This document shows, in pieces, positions 36,410-43,622 of a DNA stretch of 43,622 nucleotides. The stretch lies in contig JAZDPL010000045.1 in NCBI GenBank assembly GCA_043797665.1, forward strand, positions 1 through 43,622, written 5' to 3'. A program made the position numbers and the translations under genes. Below the pieces are notes generated by a model. That model saw nothing but the letters and a program-made list of their open reading frames with translations, did no database searches and had not been told where the DNA came from. Position 1 is the first letter of the stretch. Each line of letters begins with the position of its first letter. Source of the stretch: Candidatus Omnitrophota bacterium (GTDB taxonomy: Bacteria; Ratteibacteria; UBA8468; MWAK01).

Positions 36410-36438
36410 TTGACAGGGGTACAAATTTGGGCTAAAAT
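36410..36438 (+). promoter_or_regulatory. Sigma70-like promoter upstream of the corrinoid-plsY-gpsA genes
   Basis: TTGACA, 17 bp spacer, TAAAAT. Confidence 0.65.
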
Positions 36439-36470
36439 ATCATATCAAGTTTTTTTATCTCTAATCTATA

Positions 36471-36493
36471 CGCAGGCTAAAGCCTGCGGCTAC
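36471..36493 (-). repeat. GTAG REP family E copy (empty form)
   Basis: Reverse complement is GTAGCCGCAGGCTTTAGCCTGCG. Confidence 0.8.
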
Positions 36494-36518
36494 CAAAGTG
36501 TGAAAAGGAGGAGGAGGG

Positions 36519-37154
36519 ATGGCGGATTTACAGAAAATTGCGGACAGCGTGATTAATGGCAAGGCGGCTGACGTAAAAAGTCTGGTCGACGCCGCGATAA
36601 AAGAAGGTGCACCGGTGGCAGACATCCTCAATAAGGGGCTGATTGCCGGGATGGACGTGGTCGGTGCCAAGTTCCGGGCGAATGAGTTCTATGTGCCGGA
36701 GGTACTGATTGCGGCCCGGGCGATGAACGTGGGGATGGAGATACTGAAGCCGTTGCTTGCCGAAAGCGGTGTTAAACCGCTGGCAAAGGTAGCGGTTGGT
36801 ACGGTGAAGGGTGACCTCCACGACATCGGCAAGAACTTAGTGGTAATGATGTTGAAGGGCGGTGGGTTTGAGGTAATGGATTTAGGGATTGACGTATCGG
36901 ACGATAAGTTCGTTCAGGCGGTAAAGGACGGCGCGCAGGTTGTGGGTCTTTCCGCTCTGCTTACCACCACGATGCCGGGGATGAAGACGGTCATCGAAGC
37001 CCTGAAGACCGCCGGTATCCGCAATAAGACCAAGGTTATGATTGGCGGTGCACCCATCACCCAGTCGTATGCGGACGAGATCGGTGCGGATGCCTATGGT
37101 GAAGATGCAGCCACTGCGGTCATTATAGCCAAGGAACTTGTTGGCATAGCATAA
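36519..37154 (+). CDS. Corrinoid (cobalamin-binding) methyltransferase partner protein
   Basis: GDLHDIGKNLV B12-binding motif, SALLTTTM, MIGGAP; N-terminal cap EFYVPEVLIAARAM. Confidence 0.93.
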   Translation: MADLQKIADSVINGKAADVKSLVDAAIKEGAPVADILNKGLIAGMDVVGAKFRANEFYVPEVLIAARAMNVGMEILKPLLAESGVKPLAKVAVGTVKGDLHDIGKNLVVMMLKGGGFEVMDLGIDVSDDKFVQAVKDGAQVVGLSALLTTTMPGMKTVIEALKTAGIRNKTKVMIGGAPITQSYADEIGADAYGEDAATAVIIAKELVGIA

Positions 37155-37167
37155 CCGGCAAACAAAA

Positions 37168-37767
37168 TTGGACCTGGGAGCGGTCTGGTTATTGGCGGGC
37201 GGTTATCTCTTGGGCTCCATTCCCGTTGGCTATCTGGTTGGCCGGCTGTTTGGAGTCGACATTCGCCGGCAAGGAAGCGGTAACATCGGCGCCACCAATG
37301 TCCTGCGCACCATAGGGAAAGGCCCGGCAGTCGCCACCCTGATACTTGATATCGGAAAAGGTTTTCTGCCGGTAATCTTAGCGCGCAGGTTTTTTCCCCT
37401 AACACCAGGCTGGACCATTGCGGTTGGGTTGACCGCGGTTATCGGGCATACGTTTTCCATCTTTTTGCGGTTTAAGGGCGGTAAAGGGGTAGCGACCGGT
37501 TTTGGTGTTTTGACCGGTTTTTCTCCCTTGACCGCCCTTTACATTTTTGGTATCTGGTTAGTGGTCTTTGCCGTTAGCCGTATCGTATCCCTTGCTTCGC
37601 TGAGCGCTGCGGTCGCTCTACCCATTCTCATCTGGCATCTGACCGGGCAGGAAGTTGCCTATTTGGGGTTCGGCTGCCTGGTTACTTTTCTGGTTTTTGT
37701 TACTCATCGGACAAATATCCGGCGGCTTCTTTCCGGGAAAGAGCCAAAGATTCAATGGAAGAGATAG
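37168..37767 (+). CDS. plsY: Glycerol-3-phosphate acyltransferase
   Basis: YLLGSIP, GSGNIGATN, FKGGKGVAT, HRTNIRRL. Confidence 0.95.
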   Translation: MDLGAVWLLAGGYLLGSIPVGYLVGRLFGVDIRRQGSGNIGATNVLRTIGKGPAVATLILDIGKGFLPVILARRFFPLTPGWTIAVGLTAVIGHTFSIFLRFKGGKGVATGFGVLTGFSPLTALYIFGIWLVVFAVSRIVSLASLSAAVALPILIWHLTGQEVAYLGFGCLVTFLVFVTHRTNIRRLLSGKEPKIQWKR

Positions 37768-38741
37768 CGGTGATTGGAGCCGGTGCCTGGGGAACAACTT
37801 TAGCGATACTCCTCTTTCAGAAAGGGAAGAGGGTTATCCTCTACGAAAAGTTCCCGGACTATGGAAGAATTTTAGAGGAGAAGCGAGAGAATCCAAAATT
37901 CCTGCCCGGGTTTTATATCCCGGAAGGGCTCAAGATCACCTCTTCTTTAGAAGAGACGAAATCAGCCGGCGCATTTATTCTGGTAACGCCTTCCTTCGTC
38001 TTCCGGGAGACCGGGGCCAGCCTTAAGGAGGCAGGGATTAGGGGACCCTTCTTAATTGCCACCAAAGGGCTGGAGGAAGGGACCGGCTGCCGGATGAGTG
38101 AGATTTTACTTTCTGAAGCGGGTGAGGAAGTTCCTTTTGCCGTTCTTTCCGGGCCCACGATTGCCCGGGAAATTGCCAGCGGCTTACCGGCAAGTGCGGT
38201 ATGCGCCGGAAAAGACATAGCCCTGGTGCAGATGTTTCAGGAGATGGTAAGTTCGGAAAAATTCCGCATCTACACCACTTCCGACCCGCCTGGGGTGGAA
38301 TTGGGGGGTGCGCTTAAAAACCCTTTGGCGATTGCAGCCGGTATTGCCGAGGGTTTGGGTTTTGGCGAAAACACCAGGGCAGCGCTTTTGTGCCGGGGTC
38401 TGACAGAGATGGCACGGTTAGCAAAGGCATTAGGTGCCCGGGAGCGAACCATCTTTGGTCTTTCCGGTTTGGGTGATCTCATCGTCACCGCCAGCAGTCC
38501 CTTTTCCCGGAACCACCGGTTTGGATTAGCGGTTGGACAGGGTGAGGACCCGTCTGTCCTGATCGCCCGGAGCGAATCGGTGGTGGAAGGTTACTACACA
38601 GTACGGCCGGCACTGATGCTGGCAGAGAAAAATTCCCTGGAAATGCCGATAATGGCAGAAGTTTCGGAAATTCTCTTTGACGGTAAGAACCCGGAGCAGG
38701 CGGTCCAGGACTTAATGTCCCGGCCCTTAAAAAGCGAATAA
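37755..38741 (+). CDS. gpsA: NAD(P)H-dependent glycerol-3-phosphate dehydrogenase
   Basis: GAGAWGT, LSGPTIAREI, GGALKN, GLGDLIVT, SRN. Confidence 0.95.
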   Translation: MEEIAVIGAGAWGTTLAILLFQKGKRVILYEKFPDYGRILEEKRENPKFLPGFYIPEGLKITSSLEETKSAGAFILVTPSFVFRETGASLKEAGIRGPFLIATKGLEEGTGCRMSEILLSEAGEEVPFAVLSGPTIAREIASGLPASAVCAGKDIALVQMFQEMVSSEKFRIYTTSDPPGVELGGALKNPLAIAAGIAEGLGFGENTRAALLCRGLTEMARLAKALGARERTIFGLSGLGDLIVTASSPFSRNHRFGLAVGQGEDPSVLIARSESVVEGYYTVRPALMLAEKNSLEMPIMAEVSEILFDGKNPEQAVQDLMSRPLKSE

Positions 38742-38763
38742 GTGAAAGGTGGTACTTTCTTCA

Positions 38764-38826
38764 GTCATTCCCGCGGATAATAAGCGGGAATCCGCTGGAT
38801 TCCTGCCTAAAACATGCAGGAATGAC
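38764..38826. repeat. Family D repeat
   Basis: GTCATTCCCGC...GCGGGAATCC...GGATTCCTGC...GCAGGAATGAC. Confidence 0.85.
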
Positions 38827-38842
38827 AGAGGGCTATAAAAAG

Positions 38843-39202
38843 ATGGAATCCTCAAAGATTTATTACAAAATTGGCGAAGTCAGCCATAAACTCGGCGTTG
38901 CCAGCCACACCCTTCGGTACTGGGAGGAGGAGTTTTCCTCTTTTTTGAAACCCAAACGGAACGGCCGTGGTCAGCGTCTCTATACCGATAAAGAGGTGGA
39001 GATAATCAGCCGGATAAGGGAACTACTCTATCAACAGGGCTACCGGGTCTCTGCAGCCAAAAGGTTTTTGAGGGGCACCGCCTCTTCTCTAAGAGGCATT
39101 GCCTCTTTGACTAAAAGAAAAGAGACGGTCTCCTTTCCGCGGACGCTTCTGTCAGAACTGAACCGTCTTGACCGGCTCCTGGCCCGCATCTCCAGAATCT
39201 AA
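38843..39202 (+). CDS. MerR family transcriptional regulator
   Basis: YYKIGEVS, TLRYWEEEF, GQRLYT; start 38843 preferred because ATG 38822 lies in the repeat. Confidence 0.88.
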   Translation: MESSKIYYKIGEVSHKLGVASHTLRYWEEEFSSFLKPKRNGRGQRLYTDKEVEIISRIRELLYQQGYRVSAAKRFLRGTASSLRGIASLTKRKETVSFPRTLLSELNRLDRLLARISRI

Positions 39203-39203
39203 A

Positions 39204-39253
39204 GTAGGGGTCGGATTTATCCGACCCGCGGGCTTGATAAATCAAGCCCCTAC
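39204..39253 (+). repeat. REP-like family A copy
   Basis: GTAGGGGTCGGATTTATCCGACCCGCGGGCTTGATAAATCAAGCCCCTAC. Confidence 0.9.
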
Positions 39254-39273
39254 AGTAATTTACTAAGAAGGCA

Positions 39274-39945
39274 ATGATGAAAATCGGGGTGTTACTTTCC
39301 GGGAGCGGTTCTAACCTGCAGGCGATTATTGATGCGGTGAAGGATGGCTCTTTGCCGGTAAAGATTGGGCTGGTTCTTTCGGACAGACCGGATGCCTTCG
39401 GCTTGAAACGGGCAGAAAAGGCCGGTGTTAAGGCGCGGTATATCCCGCCCGGTCCTTACCGGACCATTCTTTCCAGAGAAGCCGAGAAAGAATACGTAAA
39501 GGCTTTAAAGGAAGCGGGTGTGGAACTGGTCTGTCTGGCAGGTTTTATGCGGGTGATTAAGGAAGGATTACTTTCTGCCTTTCCGGGGCGCATCCTTAAT
39601 CTGCATCCTTCCCTTTTACCCTCGTTTCCCGGGTTAGAAGCCTGGAAGCAGGCTTTTGACTACGGCGTCCGGTTTACCGGTTGTACGGTGCATTTTGTAG
39701 AAAAAGGTGTGGACGCCGGACCGATTATCAGCCAGGCGGTGGTACCAATACTTCCTGACGATACACCGGAGGCGCTTCTGAACCGGATCCACCAGAAGGA
39801 GCACCTCATCTATCCTCTGGCAATCAAACTCGTTGCGGAAGGCCGGGTAAAAATTGTCGGCCGGAAAGTTTTTATTGAAGAAGAAAGAACCGGTGTCATT
39901 CTGAGGGAGCGCCAGCGACCGAAGAATCTGGACAAGAGGGCCTAA
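39274..39945 (+). CDS. purN: Phosphoribosylglycinamide formyltransferase
   Basis: SGSGSNLQA, LAGFMR, NLHPSLLPSFPG, GCTVHFV, DAGPII. Confidence 0.96.
   Translation: MMKIGVLLSGSGSNLQAIIDAVKDGSLPVKIGLVLSDRPDAFGLKRAEKAGVKARYIPPGPYRTILSREAEKEYVKALKEAGVELVCLAGFMRVIKEGLLSAFPGRILNLHPSLLPSFPGLEAWKQAFDYGVRFTGCTVHFVEKGVDAGPIISQAVVPILPDDTPEALLNRIHQKEHLIYPLAIKLVAEGRVKIVGRKVFIEEERTGVILRERQRPKNLDKRA
39894..39929. repeat. Half family B repeat within the purN 3' end
   Basis: TGTCATTCTGAGGGAGCGCCAGCGACCGAAGAATCT. Confidence 0.75.
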
Positions 39946-41888
39946 TGAAATATTTTATTGATTTAGAGCGGGTCAGTCGGGAATTGCGGGCCGGGATGAA
40001 GGAATTGGAAGCAGAGTATCCTTTGACTTTTAAAAAGCAAGCTGGCACAGCAGGGATTTCGTTTTTGCCGGTTGACAAAGGTGAAGAGGCTGGTAAGTTC
40101 CAGATATTGAACACATCTGAGGGGGTCAGGGTAAATTATGTCCGGGCCGTTGACGCCTTCCGGGCCTTAGGCCATATCTTCGGAGGAAGCACGGCCGGTA
40201 AAAGAGGACAAGGTTATACCGAATCAACCGGATTTAAAATGTTAGGTGTGATGCTGGAATCTTCCCGTAATGGTGTCTTGACCGTAGTTAATGTTAAGTC
40301 TTTGTTGCGCAAGTTCAGCCTGATGGGAATCAACGCGGTGATGATGTACACCGAAGACACCTACGAGGTACCGGGACAGCCCTTCTTTGGTTATCTGCGC
40401 GGTGGTTATACCCAGGATGAACTGAAGGAACTGGACAGTTACGCGGCAAAGTTTGGTATTGAGATGTTCCCCTGTATCCAGACCTTAGCCCACCTGAAAC
40501 AGATTTTGCAGTGGCCGATAGCCTATCATGACGTTACCGATACCGAAGAGATTCTTTTAGTTGGCGAGGACAAGACTTACCAACTTCTGGAAAAGATGAT
40601 TACCTCTGCCAGCAAGCCCTACCAATCAAAACGGCTCCACATCGGTATGGATGAAGCCCACGGTTTGGGAACCGGGGAGTACAGGCGCAGGCATGGAGAA
40701 CGCCGGACATTTGACATTATGAATGAGCACCTTGCCAGGGTCTGCGAAATCTGCACTCGTTTAGGATTACGACCGATGATCTGGAGCGATATGTATTTTC
40801 GCATCGGCTCTAAAAAGAACGACTACTATGACTTAGATACCCGGATTCCGGAAGATGTGGTTAAAAATATCCCGAAAAATGTAGACCTGGTCTACTGGGA
40901 CTATTACCATTTGGATTATGACTTCTATACCCGGTTCATAGATTTACACCGGAGTTTAGGCAAGGAGCCGGTTATGGCGCCTGGTGCCTGGAACTGGGGC
41001 CGGTTCTGGGCAGACCTGCCGTATGCTTATCTGGCTGTTGAATCCTGCATGCGTGCCTGCCGTGACAAAAGCGTGAAAGAGGCCTTCATCACCACCTGGG
41101 GCGACGACGGAATGGAGAACGATATCTATTCCGCCCTGCCGGCGGTTCAGTTCTTTACCGAGATGGCTTACGCCGGTAAGGTTGAACTAAAAGTACTGAA
41201 AGTAAACTTTCAGGGAACCTGTGGAACAGATATAGATGCCTATACCTTAGCCAGCCGGATTGACACCATACCCTGCCGGAAAGATTACCGGAAGAGTCTT
41301 ATCAACGCGGCCAAATGGCTGTTATGGGACGACCCGCTGATTGGATTGTGTGAGCCTCTTCAGGAAGGGAGGTCTTTTCGGAAAGAGTATGCTAAATTAG
41401 CGCAACAACTGGAAAAGGCGATTACGAAAGATGCTTTATCAAAGAGCCCGAGGCTCACAAAGAGCCCCCGGCTCTCAGAGAGGTTATGCCTGCCAGCGCA
41501 GATAGCAAAAGTAATAGCGATTAAGTGTGATTGCCGGAAGAACCTGGTCTCCGCGTACCGGGCGAAGGACAAAAAGAGGATGAGGTGTATTTTGAACCAG
41601 GAAGTGGTACCTTTGACCAGAGAGGTCCGTACCCTCTGGAAAATACACCGCGGAATGTGGTTAAATACATATAAACCTTTTGGTCTGGAGGTTTTAGAGA
41701 TACGGTACGGGGGCCTGATTGCCCGGTTGGAGAGTTTGCAAGAGCGCCTGAAAGAATACCTGGACGGTAAAGTTACCAGTATTCCGGAATTTGAGACCAA
41801 ACTACTCAAGTTTCAGGAAGGTTCGGCGGAAGAATCGTACGGAGTAGGGAGTTACCGCCGCATCGCCACACCCAGCGCCATCTTTTAA
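39945..41888 (+). CDS. Glycoside hydrolase family 20 (beta-N-acetylhexosaminidase-like)
   Basis: MYTEDTYE, PCIQTLAHL, HIGMDEA, MIWSDMYF, VYWDYYH, TWGDDG. Confidence 0.88.
   Translation: MKYFIDLERVSRELRAGMKELEAEYPLTFKKQAGTAGISFLPVDKGEEAGKFQILNTSEGVRVNYVRAVDAFRALGHIFGGSTAGKRGQGYTESTGFKMLGVMLESSRNGVLTVVNVKSLLRKFSLMGINAVMMYTEDTYEVPGQPFFGYLRGGYTQDELKELDSYAAKFGIEMFPCIQTLAHLKQILQWPIAYHDVTDTEEILLVGEDKTYQLLEKMITSASKPYQSKRLHIGMDEAHGLGTGEYRRRHGERRTFDIMNEHLARVCEICTRLGLRPMIWSDMYFRIGSKKNDYYDLDTRIPEDVVKNIPKNVDLVYWDYYHLDYDFYTRFIDLHRSLGKEPVMAPGAWNWGRFWADLPYAYLAVESCMRACRDKSVKEAFITTWGDDGMENDIYSALPAVQFFTEMAYAGKVELKVLKVNFQGTCGTDIDAYTLASRIDTIPCRKDYRKSLINAAKWLLWDDPLIGLCEPLQEGRSFRKEYAKLAQQLEKAITKDALSKSPRLTKSPRLSERLCLPAQIAKVIAIKCDCRKNLVSAYRAKDKKRMRCILNQEVVPLTREVRTLWKIHRGMWLNTYKPFGLEVLEIRYGGLIARLESLQERLKEYLDGKVTSIPEFETKLLKFQEGSAEESYGVGSYRRIATPSAIF
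41440..41475 (+). repeat. 18-bp tandem repeat x2 inside the GH20 gene
   Basis: CAAAGAGCCCGAGGCTCA / CAAAGAGCCCCCGGCTCT, encoding KSPRL(T/S) x2. Confidence 0.8.
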
Positions 41889-41890
41889 TC

Positions 41891-41921
41891 TGTCATTCCT
41901 GTGTGTATCTGGCAGGAATCC
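41891..41921. repeat. Half family D repeat
   Basis: TGTCATTCCTG...CAGGAATCC. Confidence 0.65.
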
Positions 41922-41928
41922 ATAAATT

Positions 41929-42384
41929 ATGAAGATACGAAGAGCAAAGTTGGCTGATGCCGACAAGATTCACTGCCTGATTAACCGGAGCGCGGAGAAG
42001 GGAGATATCATTCCCCGGTCCTTATCCGAGATTTACGAGTCCCTGAGGGACTTTACCGTGGCGGAAGAGGGAGGCAGGATGGTTGGCTGTTGCGCCCTCC
42101 ACATATCCTGGGAGAACTTGGCCGAGGTTCGTTCCCTGGTGGTTATTCCGGAAAGGCAGGGGAAAGGATTGGGAGGCACACTGTTGAGGACCGTTTTGCG
42201 GGAAGCAAAGCGATTGACCGTTCCCAGGGTCTTTGCGCTTACCAATAAGCCCCTTTTTTTCCGGAAATACGGTTTTGAACCGGTAAATAAAGAACGTCTT
42301 CCCCACAAAATCTGGGGCGACTGTCTGAAATGCCCGAAATTCCCCAAATGCGATGAGGTGGCTCTATGGAAAAAGTTGTCTTAG
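41929..42384 (+). CDS. GNAT N-acetyltransferase, short ArgA-like (amino-acid N-acetyltransferase)
   Basis: LAEVRSL, QGKGLG, LPHKIWGDCLKCPKFPKCDEVA; adjacent to argG. Confidence 0.85.
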   Translation: MKIRRAKLADADKIHCLINRSAEKGDIIPRSLSEIYESLRDFTVAEEGGRMVGCCALHISWENLAEVRSLVVIPERQGKGLGGTLLRTVLREAKRLTVPRVFALTNKPLFFRKYGFEPVNKERLPHKIWGDCLKCPKFPKCDEVALWKKLS

Positions 42385-43559
42385 CCTATTCCGGCGGTCT
42401 GGATACCTCGGTCATCATTCCCTACCTTAAAGAAAAGTACGGATTAGCGGTCATCGCCTACACCGCAAACCTGGGCCAGAAGATTGACCCGGATTTCTTG
42501 CGCAAAAAGGCGCTCAAGAGCGGGGCAATAAAGTTCTACTTTGACGACCTGCGGGTTATGTTTGTAGAAGATTATATCTTTCCCGCCCTGGCAGCCAATG
42601 CGCTCTATCAGGGGAAATATCCTTTAGCCACCAGCCTCTCCCGGCCTATCATCGCCCGGAAAGTGGCGGAATTAGCCAAAAAAGAAGGGGCGAAATTTGT
42701 CAGCCACGGCTGCACCGGAAAGGGTAACGACCAGGTTCGTTTTGAACTGACCTGGAAGGCTTTGGCGCCGGACTTAAAGATAATTGCGCCTTTGCGGGAA
42801 TGGAAGTTTAAGACCCGGGAAGAAGAGATTGAGTTTGCAAAAAAGAAGGGGATTCCGGTTCCGGTCACCAAAAAAAATCCCTATTCGGTTGACGCCAACC
42901 TCTGGGGTATCTCCATTGAGTGCGGTGTTTTAGAGGACCCTGCAGTTGAGCCGCCGGAAGACGCTTACCAGATTACCGTTGCGCCGGAAAAGGCTCCCGG
43001 GGAGCCTAAGTATCTGAAGATTGGGTTTGAAAAAGGTAAGCCGATCAGCCTTGACAAAAAGAGGTTGGGCGGGGTTGAATTGATTGACCGGTTGAACCAA
43101 ATCGGCGCCGCGTATGGGGTGGGCAGGATAGATATGGTTGAGGACCGGACCGTAGGTTTAAAGAGTCGGGAAATCTACGAGGCACCCGCGGCGACCATCC
43201 TTATTACCGGCCATCAGGAATTAGAGAAAATGGTCCTTTCCCGAAACCTCTGGGAACTGAAAGAATCCTTGAGTACCCGTTACGCCAACCTCATCTACCA
43301 GGGCACCTGGTTCTCGGAAGAGAAAGAGGCGTTGGACGTCTTCTTCCAGTCTACCCAGCGCTACGTCTCCGGACTGGTCCGGGTAAAACTGTACAAAGGG
43401 AAAGCCACCGTGGTAGGGCGTTCTTCCCCTTATTCCCTCTACTCGGAAGAATTGGCAACCTACGGCGCCAAGGATATCTTTGACCGCTTTTCCGCAGAAG
43501 GGTTTATCAACCTTACCGGCCTCCCGCTCCTTTTAGAAGGCCTCCGCCGAAAAAAGTAG
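42366..43559 (+). CDS. argG: Argininosuccinate synthase
   Basis: LAYSGGLDTS, HGCTGKGNDQVRFE, KSREIYEAP. Confidence 0.97.
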   Translation: MEKVVLAYSGGLDTSVIIPYLKEKYGLAVIAYTANLGQKIDPDFLRKKALKSGAIKFYFDDLRVMFVEDYIFPALAANALYQGKYPLATSLSRPIIARKVAELAKKEGAKFVSHGCTGKGNDQVRFELTWKALAPDLKIIAPLREWKFKTREEEIEFAKKKGIPVPVTKKNPYSVDANLWGISIECGVLEDPAVEPPEDAYQITVAPEKAPGEPKYLKIGFEKGKPISLDKKRLGGVELIDRLNQIGAAYGVGRIDMVEDRTVGLKSREIYEAPAATILITGHQELEKMVLSRNLWELKESLSTRYANLIYQGTWFSEEKEALDVFFQSTQRYVSGLVRVKLYKGKATVVGRSSPYSLYSEELATYGAKDIFDRFSAEGFINLTGLPLLLEGLRRKK

Positions 43560-43577
43560 CGGTGCGATTCATCGCAC
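43556..43577 (+). repeat. GTAG REP variant overlapping the argG stop
   Basis: GTAGCGGTGCGATTCATCGCAC. Confidence 0.65.
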
Positions 43578-43584
43578 ATAAGGG

Positions 43585-43622
43585 GTAGGGGTCGGATTCA
43601 TCCGACCCGCGGGCTTGATAAA
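43585..43622 (+). repeat. REP-like family A copy, truncated by the window edge
   Basis: GTAGGGGTCGGATTCATCCGACCCGCGGGCTTGATAAA. Confidence 0.9.

Noticed and set aside
1..43622. CRISPR array interpretation of the recurring palindromes
   Set aside because: The repeats are dispersed singly, not regularly spaced with unique spacers, and no cas genes are present
1..43622. tRNA or rRNA genes
   Set aside because: No cloverleaf with T-loop/D-loop consensus and no rRNA-like segment was recognised in the intergenic regions

Overview
Gene-dense bacterial window, probably a whole contig because both ends break inside the same palindromic repeat. A PVC-superphylum lineage is suggested by the H-X9-DG prepilin-like gene, but that is inference only. 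The backbone is housekeeping: accD, lipA, aminotransferases, purM, purN, argH, argG, lysA, pdaD-speB, plsY-gpsA and several carbohydrate enzymes (GH2, GH20, sugar epimerases). It is interrupted by a low-GC island (RhuM-like gene plus an MNT-HEPN pair) and by a 13-kb minus-strand locus. That locus encodes a GntR/LacI regulator fused in frame to a type IV prepilin-like H-X9-DG protein, a 1656-aa secreted GH42-like enzyme, a DUF4450-like enzyme and a PilGHI/Xap-like ABC system. The window also holds at least five families of short palindromic repeats and a 226-bp MITE with an 8-bp target duplication. Several 26-29 bp hairpin micro-elements are inserted inside other repeats, with filled and empty sites both visible, and repeats also sit in frame inside protein genes. 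All family assignments come from motif recognition; no database searches were run.
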